From IMG/VR virus record IMGVR_UViG_3300009194_000010, positions 5,830 to 69,829 of that record: a stretch of DNA of 64,000 bases; one strand, 5' to 3'. The notes under the pieces were generated by a model. That model was given only the letters and a program-made list of their open reading frames with translations. It ran no database searches and was not told where the DNA came from. Positions 28,587 to 38,634 of this stretch are shown here, piece after piece (position 1 is the stretch's first letter; each line of letters starts with the position of its first letter). This DNA comes from a virus. The translations under genes were made by a program, and so were the position numbers.

Positions 28587-30248
28587 TTATTGGCCGGTGA
28601 GACGACGGACCGGAAGGCCCACGATTGCCAACTGTAGGTCGGTGTCGTAGGTTTCCCGCTTGAAGGTGAGATACAGCAGCTCACCATCCTCCAGGTCATT
28701 GTTGATGACCAGTTCGTCATTCCACTGATCCACACTGTAGGTGTAGGTATTGTGGAGGGTGTGTACGGTGAAGTGAGTGGGGGTTGGCGGATACGACTCG
28801 GTCTGTTGGTTAATGAGCGGTTCGACGCGCTCATAGATGGTCTTGAGCCAGACTTCTTTCGATGGCAGACCTTGACCCAGGTGTAGCTTCCAGTTATTGG
28901 TGCCCACCAGTTCCATCTCGGCAGCCACCCCACGACCGAAGCTTTCGGTCTGGTCGGGACGGAAGAAGATTTCCCACAGATCACGGTACTCATCACCACG
29001 TGCCAACAGCGCCAGCTGGAACGTCTGGACATGTCGATAAGGCGCGAACTTGCCATCCACTCGGTTAAGGTCTACCGCGACAGTGATCGTTTGGGTCGTC
29101 CCGTATTGTTTCGGGTTAAACGCACTGGAGGTAGTGCCCAGCTCCACATAGGGCGTGACGTTGTAGTAGGTCTGACGATCCAGGTTATACAACCAGTACT
29201 CGAGACGATAGCCCACCTCAGCACTGACCCACACCGGATAAACAAACAGCTTGACTTCGTACGCCCCATCGGCGGTGGTGGTCCGGGCCTGATAGGACAT
29301 GGTCAGGCGGCGGTTGGCCGTGGGCTCCAGGGTGTAGGACACCTCGTCCTCCGCCAAGTTGTAGGCCAACACCATCGGGAACTCTTGGCCCACGATAGTC
29401 GCCACGTAGTTCCGCAGGCCGTACAGGGTGAACTTCGAGCCATCGATCGGCAGGCGATGACGACTACCATCGCTGTAATGCACCACCCCGGTCATGGGCA
29501 GGGATTCCACGGTGACGTTGAGCGGAAACTCGATCGTCTGGGGGTCGGCACTGCTCAGGAACGGCGTATCGATCTGAATCGACTTCACGTACTTGCGTGA
29601 CGCGTCGGCCTGTCGAATCGCTGCAGTGTTATTCACCAACAACTGAGCACGCGACACCACACCACCTTCATCGTCGTATGCCACCAGCGTGACGATTTCG
29701 CCATCTTCGAGGGACTCACTGGTGTAGCCCACCATGGGCGCCTTGATCACATTCTGGGTGGTTCCCGGAACTTCCACTGCCTCCACGGGGACGGAGGTGC
29801 CCAGGAAGTTACCCGACGGGTCAAAGAAGGCCGAGATCACTTGCCCGTAATCAGCGCTGATGTCGGTTCCCAAAAACACCTTGTACGATTGCACCATGGA
29901 TCCATAGAAATGCAGTCGGCTATCCGGGGCGAAGGTGTGGGGTGTTACCGTCTGGTCCAGGAAGATCCGGTAGGACTCCGAGGCGTAGCCCGGACCGTTC
30001 CCCAGGAGAATGTCAGTGGACTCCGCATCGTCCGGCTCATCCGGGGTGGTCCACAACTGGAGTACCGAGTACCCGGTGGTGAAGTCTACCTCGATGACCT
30101 GCAGAAACCCTTGGGCGGGATCAAACACCAGGTCCCCCACATTGGGAACCCACTTGCCATCACCGCCGGCCTCGACAATCTCACTACGTTGCCAGAGGCG
30201 GAACCCCCGATCGGGGTCCCGGTAGTTTGTCTTGGGTGGAAATGCCAT
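28587..30248 (-). CDS. virion structural protein (phiKZ gp26-like)
   Basis: 553-aa ORF in the conserved terminase-sheath block. Confidence 0.7.
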   Translation of the reverse strand: MAFPPKTNYRDPDRGFRLWQRSEIVEAGGDGKWVPNVGDLVFDPAQGFLQVIEVDFTTGYSVLQLWTTPDEPDDAESTDILLGNGPGYASESYRIFLDQTVTPHTFAPDSRLHFYGSMVQSYKVFLGTDISADYGQVISAFFDPSGNFLGTSVPVEAVEVPGTTQNVIKAPMVGYTSESLEDGEIVTLVAYDDEGGVVSRAQLLVNNTAAIRQADASRKYVKSIQIDTPFLSSADPQTIEFPLNVTVESLPMTGVVHYSDGSRHRLPIDGSKFTLYGLRNYVATIVGQEFPMVLAYNLAEDEVSYTLEPTANRRLTMSYQARTTTADGAYEVKLFVYPVWVSAEVGYRLEYWLYNLDRQTYYNVTPYVELGTTSSAFNPKQYGTTQTITVAVDLNRVDGKFAPYRHVQTFQLALLARGDEYRDLWEIFFRPDQTESFGRGVAAEMELVGTNNWKLHLGQGLPSKEVWLKTIYERVEPLINQQTESYPPTPTHFTVHTLHNTYTYSVDQWNDELVINNDLEDGELLYLTFKRETYDTDLQLAIVGLPVRRLTGQ

Positions 30249-30257
30249 GTTAACCTC

Positions 30258-32924
30258 TTACTGTTGGACGTAGATGAAAGGCGCTACATCGGGTGGATGG
30301 CGCAAGTAGGTCTCCAGTATCCGAATGTAGAACGTGTACTGATAGAGGGTAAGTCCCACCGGTTCGTCATGCCAGTGTGGGTAGATCTCCAGGTGACTGT
30401 CCACGAAGTCCCGATTACACGGATCGTAAGGCAGTAACCATTCGTAGCCCTTACACCACTGCCGGATCTCATGTTCGCTGTACTGATCTTCAATCCCTTC
30501 CGGGTAGAAGATATCGTTCATCAGGTCATGCAGTACCTTGTTGGCGAACGGCGAAACCAGGTGATACTGGGTCTCGATAAAGTCCGGTCCGTCACGGTCC
30601 CGTTTGGGGAACTGCGCGTCCATGTAGTCACTTACGGCCTTGTCACGAACATCATCTTCTTGACGGGCCACACGATCAACAGGATACACATCCCGGAACA
30701 CCACCGGCGGTGTCTGCAGGGCGTAAGGTGCCCCATTGCGCTCCCCCTCGATGACTAGCTCATTGCGCTGTTCATCGTAGACCAGATCATCCTGATCGCG
30801 GTAATGGCCATCGATCACGATGCGCAGTACCTTGTGGGTATGGATGTTGTAGGTCGCGTTATTGGACAAGACCCCGTAGCGGATAAAGCCGGTTTCGGTG
30901 GTGGCCAACCGTGACAAGTCACTATTGGGGAAGCCGTAGCCACGGACAGTGATCTTGTGGGACATGCTGTCACCCAGATACTCAAGGTGACTGAATACCA
31001 CTTCGGGCCAACGTACCACATAATCGATATCTTCGATCAATGGCCGACCATCAAGATAGATGTCCAATTGCCCGGGTGGGAGCGTGGATACTTCCTCTTC
31101 TTCTACGGTGTTGTGAACCTCCATTGAGGTGACGGAGAACCGTAGATGACCATCGGTGCGGGTCAACATCAGGTCGTAGCAAAGGAAGGCATCATCCTGC
31201 ATCACTGCCCCATACTGGGACACGTCATCCAGCTGCCATACCCAGCGGTGTGGCTCGACGGTGTTATCCAGGAACCCGTATTCGTGACGGTTAGGGTGTT
31301 CGGTGATATCCACCCAGTTACCCTGACGCACGTCCGCCCACACATCTTCAACGTAGAGTCGGAAATTGTGACCGTAGGCAATTTCCACCGGATCATTTCC
31401 ATAGACCACGTTGGACTTATACCGCCCATGACCGGTCAATGCCTCGACCCGAACCGTGTTGGGGTTCCGTGGCATGTAGTAGGTACCGCTTAAATGGCGG
31501 TGGTACTCCAACAATACCCCATCCGCATCGTACTCGAACACGGTGCTGTTATGTTGGTGCTCGAAGGCCAGGTCAGCGTACTTCCGATTGTCGAGGACAT
31601 AGACATCAGATGGTGTGTCGGCCAATACCGTGGCTGCCGCGTGATACCCATAGACATCACCGACAAACGCTTGAGCGTCTTCTTTATCGGGATGGGTAGC
31701 GGTGAAACGACCGTACGTGATTGGGTAGACCACTTCCGGGGGTGCGGACATGAAGCGCACATAGGGACACTGTTCCAACGTGGCAGCATGCCACAGTGGC
31801 AGGGAGTCCATTCCCGTCATGGCCCGTACGATTTGGTTACTGGACAGCCGATACAGTTCCTGGATACGGTTAGCATCCGCCACCAGGGGCCGCTCATAGC
31901 CGGAGTGACGAATATAGAGACGCAACCGCATGCCACTCAATGAGGTCCACTCATCCGACGGCCAGGTATCAGGCATAAGCTGGTGGCGAGGATCAGTGGG
32001 GTGGGTCTGAACAAAACTCTCCAGACGTTCGATGGGAATGCTGTAATCCTTGTGCGTCAGCATGCGTAACCAGGTACCTTCGTTGTGATGGTACCACACC
32101 CCCATGAACCGGTTCTGGATACCCGGCTTGATCAGAAACAGATCCACGTCGTCCAGGTATTCGATGGTATCGACCGAGGGATCATCGTAGTGCAGGATGT
32201 ATTTGCGTCCCGTGTCCAGTGTCGAGATGAAGGAGGGCAGCTCATCAATATCAAACTCGACCATGCGTTTGATGGAGCTGTCCAGGACAAACTCAACAAT
32301 GTCATCGACCCCAGCGGTTACCAGTGAGATGTTTTGAACGAACCTACCGTTGACGTAATAGTGGGGGTAACCTCCTCGCTCATCGACCAGTTTCTTCAGG
32401 TCGCGCTGGAAGATCAGCAGGTCGTTGTCGGACTTGACACGCATGCCATCCGTGATCAGATACGCCTGACCATCCGAGCGTTCGCTCTGGAAATAGGCAT
32501 TACTGTAAAGTCGCAGGTAAAGGTCCACCCCTTCGAGTTCGTGAATGCGTGGATTGATCTTTACCGCTATCACCAGATTGCGACTGGGGGTGATCCACAC
32601 GTAGGTCTCAAACCGGGGAAACTGAATCCCGTCGTTGGTGTAGATGTCGGTGTGGAGGAGATGTTCATTGGCGAGATAGGCCAGACTCATCCATTGGCGT
32701 TTATTGGCGGGAATCCCCACCCGACGTGGCAACACCTGGCCAATCTGGTAGACATGGTAGGTGTCGCTTTGGGTGGGGAGCACCAAGCGTTCGTAAAACA
32801 GGTTTATTGTCTGACGGGCCCCGCGCTTAGGGGTCAGCCGGGCCAGGCGGTAGGTAAACTGGCGATCCTGTCCGGGATTACACCAGATGTTCTCTACGGC
32901 ATGGCGTAACAGATACTCGTTCAT
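30258..32924 (-). CDS. virion structural protein (phiKZ gp27-like, possible baseplate)
   Basis: 888-aa ORF beginning NIWCNPGQDRQ in conserved block. Confidence 0.7.
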   Translation of the reverse strand: MNEYLLRHAVENIWCNPGQDRQFTYRLARLTPKRGARQTINLFYERLVLPTQSDTYHVYQIGQVLPRRVGIPANKRQWMSLAYLANEHLLHTDIYTNDGIQFPRFETYVWITPSRNLVIAVKINPRIHELEGVDLYLRLYSNAYFQSERSDGQAYLITDGMRVKSDNDLLIFQRDLKKLVDERGGYPHYYVNGRFVQNISLVTAGVDDIVEFVLDSSIKRMVEFDIDELPSFISTLDTGRKYILHYDDPSVDTIEYLDDVDLFLIKPGIQNRFMGVWYHHNEGTWLRMLTHKDYSIPIERLESFVQTHPTDPRHQLMPDTWPSDEWTSLSGMRLRLYIRHSGYERPLVADANRIQELYRLSSNQIVRAMTGMDSLPLWHAATLEQCPYVRFMSAPPEVVYPITYGRFTATHPDKEDAQAFVGDVYGYHAAATVLADTPSDVYVLDNRKYADLAFEHQHNSTVFEYDADGVLLEYHRHLSGTYYMPRNPNTVRVEALTGHGRYKSNVVYGNDPVEIAYGHNFRLYVEDVWADVRQGNWVDITEHPNRHEYGFLDNTVEPHRWVWQLDDVSQYGAVMQDDAFLCYDLMLTRTDGHLRFSVTSMEVHNTVEEEEVSTLPPGQLDIYLDGRPLIEDIDYVVRWPEVVFSHLEYLGDSMSHKITVRGYGFPNSDLSRLATTETGFIRYGVLSNNATYNIHTHKVLRIVIDGHYRDQDDLVYDEQRNELVIEGERNGAPYALQTPPVVFRDVYPVDRVARQEDDVRDKAVSDYMDAQFPKRDRDGPDFIETQYHLVSPFANKVLHDLMNDIFYPEGIEDQYSEHEIRQWCKGYEWLLPYDPCNRDFVDSHLEIYPHWHDEPVGLTLYQYTFYIRILETYLRHPPDVAPFIYVQQ

Positions 32925-32939
32925 AGTGCCCTCATGCGG

Positions 32940-33860
32940 TTAGGCAAAACGGGATTCCACCAGCCGGTAGGTTTGATCCAGGAATTGCTTGTGATCCATC
33001 TGCCGTCCCGCGGTTTCGGCACGACGGGTAATCATCGTTTTGCGGTAGCTGCGATCACCGAGGCCCATGTAGACCATGGCAATAAAGGTCGGAATATGTT
33101 CTAGCGCCACCCCGACATTCTCCCGGCTATTAACCCCGACCCAAGAGGATGCCAGTAACAGAAACAGATCGGTGAACTTGATTCCGCTCAGGCGAACCGA
33201 CCCACCGTGTTCGGCAATCGCCCCGGCCAGTGCTGGTCCATCAGTCAGTGCCCCAACCGGCTCAATGATCTCGAGGACTTGCGGCGTGGGGATCGAGACG
33301 ATACGACTCACCTGGTTGGCGAGACGATTACGGTCGGCTTCACTCAGTTCCCGGGTAGCGGTTAATTGGGTGTAATAATAGTAGGCGACAATCACCGACA
33401 GGCGCATCTGGTCTTCGAGGGACAGATTGAACCGCTGTGAAATTCCCAGGGTCACCCACCGCACAAAGGTTTTGATGGGTACGTCACCGAGGCGCATGAA
33501 CGGGCGTTCCCCGTCGGTTTCGGCCACTTGGGATAAGGCAACCCGTGAGGTCTGAAACGAAAAGTCATTCTCGGCCAGCAAACGGTATGAGTCGTGACGA
33601 CGATCCCACCGCATGAACGGGCGTCCATCTACGATCCATTTTGGTTGCTTAGCGGTGCCAATGTTGACACATTGTGTGAACCCCGACACTTGCGTGTAGT
33701 TGTCATTAGGGGGTACCATGCGTGCGTCACGTACGGTATTTCCGGCCGGTGATTCCAGTGTGGGAAACGGGGATTCAATGTCGGCCCGTTGCAGACCACG
33801 GACCAGGTGGTCGAGACGATACATAGAGCAGATGGTAGTGTGGTACGGATGCACTAACAT
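32940..33860 (-). CDS. conserved phage protein (phiKZ gp28-like)
   Basis: 306-aa ORF divergent from tail sheath; ALEHIPTF motif. Confidence 0.65.
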   Translation of the reverse strand: MLVHPYHTTICSMYRLDHLVRGLQRADIESPFPTLESPAGNTVRDARMVPPNDNYTQVSGFTQCVNIGTAKQPKWIVDGRPFMRWDRRHDSYRLLAENDFSFQTSRVALSQVAETDGERPFMRLGDVPIKTFVRWVTLGISQRFNLSLEDQMRLSVIVAYYYYTQLTATRELSEADRNRLANQVSRIVSIPTPQVLEIIEPVGALTDGPALAGAIAEHGGSVRLSGIKFTDLFLLLASSWVGVNSRENVGVALEHIPTFIAMVYMGLGDRSYRKTMITRRAETAGRQMDHKQFLDQTYRLVESRFA

Positions 33861-34008
33861 GTGTAGACTCCAGAGTAGTGACGAAGGGTAAGTGAAAAGT
33901 TACTTGGCACTCTAATATGGTTCTCAGCGGTAATACTATGACCCGCGTGTGTAACTATTGTCCATATCATCGAGTTAGAACACTCCATACCCGGAGGGAG
34001 GAAAGGAA

Positions 34009-36102
34009 ATGGCGACACTGACTAACGCCGCGCCGAAAATCATTTTCGGTGGTATTAACGACCGGTCTCGCGGCACTTTGGTGCGCGATCCGGAAACGTA
34101 TCCGCAGCATTTACCGCTGGTGCGCCTGTTTACCCAGACCGGTCCCGAAGAGACCACCCTGGTGAACAGCAACAGCGCTTCGTTCAACGACATCTTCGGT
34201 AACCAGACCCTGGCCCGGCGAAGCAAGTTCCACAACCTGCAATCTCTCCTGGTCGAGACGCTGCTGGCTGAAGGCAACCCCATCTTCGTCAAGCGTCTGC
34301 GTCCGGAAGATGCACCGAACCCGGCCCGCATCATCGTGGCCATCGATCTGGTAAATGATCAGATCCCCAAACGCATCACCGGCATCGGTGGTTTCGACTA
34401 CCCGCCCTCAGTTGAAGGCGACTTCGAGTATGACGATAACGGGGACGTGGTTACCATTCCCGGTGTCCGTGGCAAGATCGTACTGATCGAAGACAACGGT
34501 AGTGAAGTGGGTCAGCAAGAAGTTGTTGACGGTAGCTTCGTTTCTGAAACCGATGGCACGCAGTCTCAGCTTTATCCGCTTTTCGAACTCCCCGCCAGCT
34601 TCTTCGGCGAAATGGGCAATCTGCTGGGTTTCCGGATGTGGACTCCGACCACTGCCGATACTCTGCCGTTTGACGAGAAAACCGCAGACGAATTCAAGAC
34701 CCGGATGTACCGGGCGCAGTTTATGCGTCGGGATACTGCAGGCTCTTCTCCGGTTGTGACCCGCACCGCCCGCGGTGAGGACTATGTGGATTTCTGTTTT
34801 ACCCCCGGTGCTTACAGCGATTCTACCGACAAGGAATACTACGCCCAAGACGTCGTGGCACAAGCCTACGGCGACGACGGTATCGAGTCCGGCACTCAGC
34901 CGCTGTATTCCCCGTTCAGTCAGATGTTCGTTTACCAGGACAACCTGGAAGCAGTCCAGACCTGGATTTACGACCATGAGATGAACGTCAACCCGGCCGC
35001 TGCAGTGCACGTGCAAGGTCCCGGTCAGATCGATGTGTTTACCGGCATCGACATTGACGGCGATCCCCACCACGCGCTGCTGCTGGAAGGTCCGCTCAAA
35101 GGCGGCCTGCGCATCGGTAAGGACACCACCATTTATGCATCTGGTGGCGGTGACGGGACCACCGATCTGGCCATGTACGAGCGTCTGGTCAACCGGGAGA
35201 ACATGAACTTCGGTGATCTGGGCGACGAGTACGACAACATGCCGGTCTACCCGTTCTCCGTCATCTACGATACTGGCCTGACTATGGACGGCAAGTATCA
35301 AATGATGAACGTCCTGGGCCGTCGTCCCGATCTGCGGTGTATTTTCACCACCTACGTGGAAGCCGATCAGCGTGCTCCGACGCGTTCCGAAGAAGTGTCC
35401 CGTGCTCAGGCACTGATGGCGCGTCTGCGGGCCTATCCGGAATCCACCCTGTATTCCACCCCGGTGTGTCGTGCCGAGATCATCCAGCAGACCGGTTCTC
35501 TGACCGGTGGCGGTTACAGCAAGCCGGTGCCGCTGGTGCTCGACTATGCACAGCGCTGGGCGCGGATGGCAGGTGCGGGTACCGGTAACATGCGTGAGGG
35601 TGCTGACATCGACGTGAGCCCCAACAACCGGGTGGAGCTGGTCAAGGACCTGAACGTCAAGTTCTTCAATGACCGTACCCAGTCCGACCTGTGGGACAAC
35701 GGGGCTACCTACACCCTGTCCTACGATCGTCGCAGCCAGTACTATCCGGCCCTGCATTCGGTCTACAACGATGACACCTCGGTACTGATCTCCCCGATCA
35801 CGGTGGCCATCTGCTGTGATGTGATGCGTCTGGTGCGCCAGGTCCATGCGGATCTGTCCGGCAACGCAAAGCTCACCAAACCGCAATTCATTGAGCGCAG
35901 TGATAACCTGGTTCTGCAGAAGGTGGAAGGTCGTTACAACGACCGGGTAGAAATCATTCCGCAGACCTACTTCACCGAGGCCGATGACCAGCGTGGCTTT
36001 AGCTGGCGCTGCCGTGTGACGGTGTACGCGAACAACCCGCGTAACGTGATGATCTTCGATCTCGAAACCCGCCGCATGGAAGACCTCCCGGTTCAGCAGT
36101 AA
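34009..36102 (+). CDS. contractile tail sheath protein (phiKZ gp29-like)
   Basis: NAAP...GINDRS...PQHLP N-terminus, YDTG, TEADDQRGFSW C-terminus; strong codon bias. Confidence 0.85.
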   Translation: MATLTNAAPKIIFGGINDRSRGTLVRDPETYPQHLPLVRLFTQTGPEETTLVNSNSASFNDIFGNQTLARRSKFHNLQSLLVETLLAEGNPIFVKRLRPEDAPNPARIIVAIDLVNDQIPKRITGIGGFDYPPSVEGDFEYDDNGDVVTIPGVRGKIVLIEDNGSEVGQQEVVDGSFVSETDGTQSQLYPLFELPASFFGEMGNLLGFRMWTPTTADTLPFDEKTADEFKTRMYRAQFMRRDTAGSSPVVTRTARGEDYVDFCFTPGAYSDSTDKEYYAQDVVAQAYGDDGIESGTQPLYSPFSQMFVYQDNLEAVQTWIYDHEMNVNPAAAVHVQGPGQIDVFTGIDIDGDPHHALLLEGPLKGGLRIGKDTTIYASGGGDGTTDLAMYERLVNRENMNFGDLGDEYDNMPVYPFSVIYDTGLTMDGKYQMMNVLGRRPDLRCIFTTYVEADQRAPTRSEEVSRAQALMARLRAYPESTLYSTPVCRAEIIQQTGSLTGGGYSKPVPLVLDYAQRWARMAGAGTGNMREGADIDVSPNNRVELVKDLNVKFFNDRTQSDLWDNGATYTLSYDRRSQYYPALHSVYNDDTSVLISPITVAICCDVMRLVRQVHADLSGNAKLTKPQFIERSDNLVLQKVEGRYNDRVEIIPQTYFTEADDQRGFSWRCRVTVYANNPRNVMIFDLETRRMEDLPVQQ

Positions 36103-36136
36103 TTTCGTCAATTAAGCGCTCAAGAGGATAGCTCTC

Positions 36137-37000
36137 ATGGCACGATACACCAATCCGTTTATTGGCAGCCGCGGCTATGGTCGTGGTCAGGCAGCCAATA
36201 CCATCGACATGACCCAGGCGGGGACGAAGCAATTCGCCCCCAACCTGGCTAACCTGGCGGCGAACACTCCGTACGTTCGTCGTAATGTGGTGCCGTTTCT
36301 GATTGAAGCCCCGCGCTTCTTCCAGTTCGCTCCCGACCCGGACCTGATGGTCCGGTGTCTCAAGGCTTTCATCGAGAACCATACCCGGACCATCGATGGC
36401 CTTAACCAACAGCTGACCGTGGACACCGCTGAGTCTCCGGTGGGTGGTTCTGGTGAACGTATCCAGACCCCGACCAACGTGACCCGGGCAGTGTCCAACC
36501 CGACCCACGGTACTTGGGAACTGCAAGGTCGTGCGATCTCTAAGTTCATCAAGTGGTGGATCACCTACGGCATCGGTGACGAGAACACCAAGGTCCCGCT
36601 GGTGGTGTCCAATGGCGATGTGTCGGCTGAGGATTACGATGCGACCTTCTATGGTGCAACCATCCTCTACGTCGAACCCGACCCCACCTTCACCGATGTG
36701 GTCAGTGCCTGGCTGTGCACCAACATGTTCCCCACCGCCACGCCGGTGTGGGAAGGGTCCAAGGATGCGTCGCAGATGGGTCAGAACCTCGATATCAACG
36801 TCGAGTTCACGGCTACCTCTGATGTCTCCATGGGTACCATCCTGTTCGCTCGGGAAATCCTCCAGAACCTGAACCTGGCTGGCATGAACCCGAACGAGAA
36901 CCCGCTGTGGCTCGAGAACATCGGCGCAGACGTTAAGTCGGCCGATAACGGTATCGAGTCTCAGCTTGCACAAGGCGCCTCTCAGCGGATCAGCTACTGA
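36137..37000 (+). CDS. tail tube / major virion protein (phiKZ gp30-like)
   Basis: Immediately follows sheath; PYVRRN, EPDP and WLCTNMFP motifs. Confidence 0.8.
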   Translation: MARYTNPFIGSRGYGRGQAANTIDMTQAGTKQFAPNLANLAANTPYVRRNVVPFLIEAPRFFQFAPDPDLMVRCLKAFIENHTRTIDGLNQQLTVDTAESPVGGSGERIQTPTNVTRAVSNPTHGTWELQGRAISKFIKWWITYGIGDENTKVPLVVSNGDVSAEDYDATFYGATILYVEPDPTFTDVVSAWLCTNMFPTATPVWEGSKDASQMGQNLDINVEFTATSDVSMGTILFAREILQNLNLAGMNPNENPLWLENIGADVKSADNGIESQLAQGASQRISY

Positions 37001-37018
37001 GGTTAAGGAGGCATAAGA

Positions 37019-37168
37019 ATGGCGAGTAATCGAATGCCTCCCCGTACGAGGCAAGCCCAGGCCGATCGGTTAAAGTACCCGTCACAGGTAGCACGTAATG
37101 TGGCGGAGGCTAAGGTGGGTCTGGTCTCTCAGCTGGAACTCGGCGCCCGGCGTCGATTGAAAGTGTAA
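37019..37168 (+). CDS. 49-aa protein resembling the tail-tube C-terminus
   Basis: AAGGAGG RBS; MASNRMPPRTRQAQADRLKYPSQVARNVAEAKVGLVSQLELGARRRLKV; ends at the terminator. Confidence 0.65.
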   Translation: MASNRMPPRTRQAQADRLKYPSQVARNVAEAKVGLVSQLELGARRRLKV

Positions 37169-37202
37169 AAAAAAAGGGCCGTCTTCGGGCGGTCCTTTTA
37201 TG
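37167..37202. terminator. bidirectional terminator
   Basis: A-run, GGGCCGTC-TTCG-GGCGGTCC, TTTTATG. Confidence 0.75.
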
Positions 37203-37266
37203 ACGACAATAACAGACGGCGTGGGGACCTGGAGGAAACACCAATAATCCCGAAGGGTGGTCGTCA

Positions 37267-37521
37267 ATGAAAGAAGTCAAACATATCGCTGTCCATGCCG
37301 CGATTGATTTTTTAATCAAGTCACAACTTAATGTGTTAACCAGCGACGCACTGCACGACATAGTGTTCAGTGCTCATCGGTGGCAGAGTACCGCCGCCGC
37401 CAAGCGTCATTACGTCAAGGATCGTGTTCGGGGTATCGAACATGGGTGTAGTGAACCCACGGTGAGATTAGTGACCGAGTTAGCGATGTATCGTTATCAG
37501 TATCGTGAGCAACGGCGATAG
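37267..37521 (+). CDS. hypothetical protein
   Basis: 84-aa ORF between two terminators; weak RBS. Confidence 0.45.
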   Translation: MKEVKHIAVHAAIDFLIKSQLNVLTSDALHDIVFSAHRWQSTAAAKRHYVKDRVRGIEHGCSEPTVRLVTELAMYRYQYREQRR

Positions 37522-37566
37522 GCAAAAAAAAAAGAGGTCCCCGTAGGGACCTCTGTTATGCCGTGG

Positions 37567-37920
37567 TTAATGAATCAACCGACGATAGGCCACCCATGAG
37601 TTATCCGAGAAACGGATTTTGAGGTGATGGACCATTTTATCATCGATCCAGGTGGCGAGCCAGGCGTCATCTTCCTGCGCCTTATAACTCACCGCATCGG
37701 GAATCCCATAGGCCTTGAGAAAGGCCTTGGTCGTGGCTGCCTTGGGGGTCAGACGAAAATCCCGGTAGAGGTTCTCCGTCCCCAAGACAACAATGAGCAT
37801 TGTGTAAGGCGCTGCAGCATACAGGTACATGCCAGTGCGCTGCTCACTGTGGGCGACGACCATACGGCGGTCAGGTGAGGAAGTCAGATGACGTTCCAGT
37901 TGTTTCACTGTGGATGACAT
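37567..37920 (-). CDS. hypothetical protein
   Basis: 117-aa ORF. Confidence 0.65.
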   Translation of the reverse strand: MSSTVKQLERHLTSSPDRRMVVAHSEQRTGMYLYAAAPYTMLIVVLGTENLYRDFRLTPKAATTKAFLKAYGIPDAVSYKAQEDDAWLATWIDDKMVHHLKIRFSDNSWVAYRRLIH

Positions 37921-37953
37921 AGGGTCCCTTCCTCTTTCAGTTATCCAGGTTCT

Positions 37954-38610
37954 TCAGTAGTTCGGTCGGATGATACCCACACTGAATTTACTGCTGTGTT
38001 CGGGGTCATCGAGGATGCCCTCATCCATCAGGTCTTGAATACCCCGCGTCATTGTATCCACTGCGTAGTCGTCACCCCGCAGTAGGCGACAGATGGTGGC
38101 ATATTCGGCCATCTCGTCGCATCCGCCATGACGGACCGGGAACTGGAAAATGATCGGGAAGAACCACGTCACGCCAGTATCCCAGGTAACACGCAGCAGC
38201 TCACACCCACTCGGAGGTTGGAGCCACTTTTCATTCGCCAAGTATACTCCGGGTTGGATAAGCAGATGTGCGGGGTCACAGAGACCGCCCTTTAGTGGAA
38301 TCTCGTTGGTGGTGAGATGAGCTTCCACGAAAGTATCGTGTGCCTGACTGACAAACTCCTTACCTGCCCGGTTGATCAGGTACTCGACGTCGTATTCACT
38401 ACCGATGGCGTCTTCGGCTAGGTTCTCGATGTAACCGTAGTAGCGGTGGAGTTTCCCATCGGTGTCGTCACGAGTCACAATCTCGAGATTGGGAAATACG
38501 ACCCCGATGAAATCGCTGGTGAGTTTCTCGACGTCATTAAGGCCCCACATTCCGGCTTCGTTATTGATGTAGAGGCGCAGGTCGCTAGGCAACGGAAATT
38601 CGATCAGCAT
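37954..38610 (-). CDS. hypothetical protein, paralog of 18394..19080
   Basis: 218-aa ORF, AAGGAG RBS. Confidence 0.7.
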   Translation of the reverse strand: MLIEFPLPSDLRLYINNEAGMWGLNDVEKLTSDFIGVVFPNLEIVTRDDTDGKLHRYYGYIENLAEDAIGSEYDVEYLINRAGKEFVSQAHDTFVEAHLTTNEIPLKGGLCDPAHLLIQPGVYLANEKWLQPPSGCELLRVTWDTGVTWFFPIIFQFPVRHGGCDEMAEYATICRLLRGDDYAVDTMTRGIQDLMDEGILDDPEHSSKFSVGIIRPNY

Positions 38611-38634
38611 GGTAGTGCTCCTTGAGGGTTGGTG

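Noticed and set aside
34408-37054. Long antisense ORFs (567 aa and 351 aa) opposite sheath and tube
   Set aside because: Typical shadow frames of strongly codon-biased genes; no RBS or motifs.
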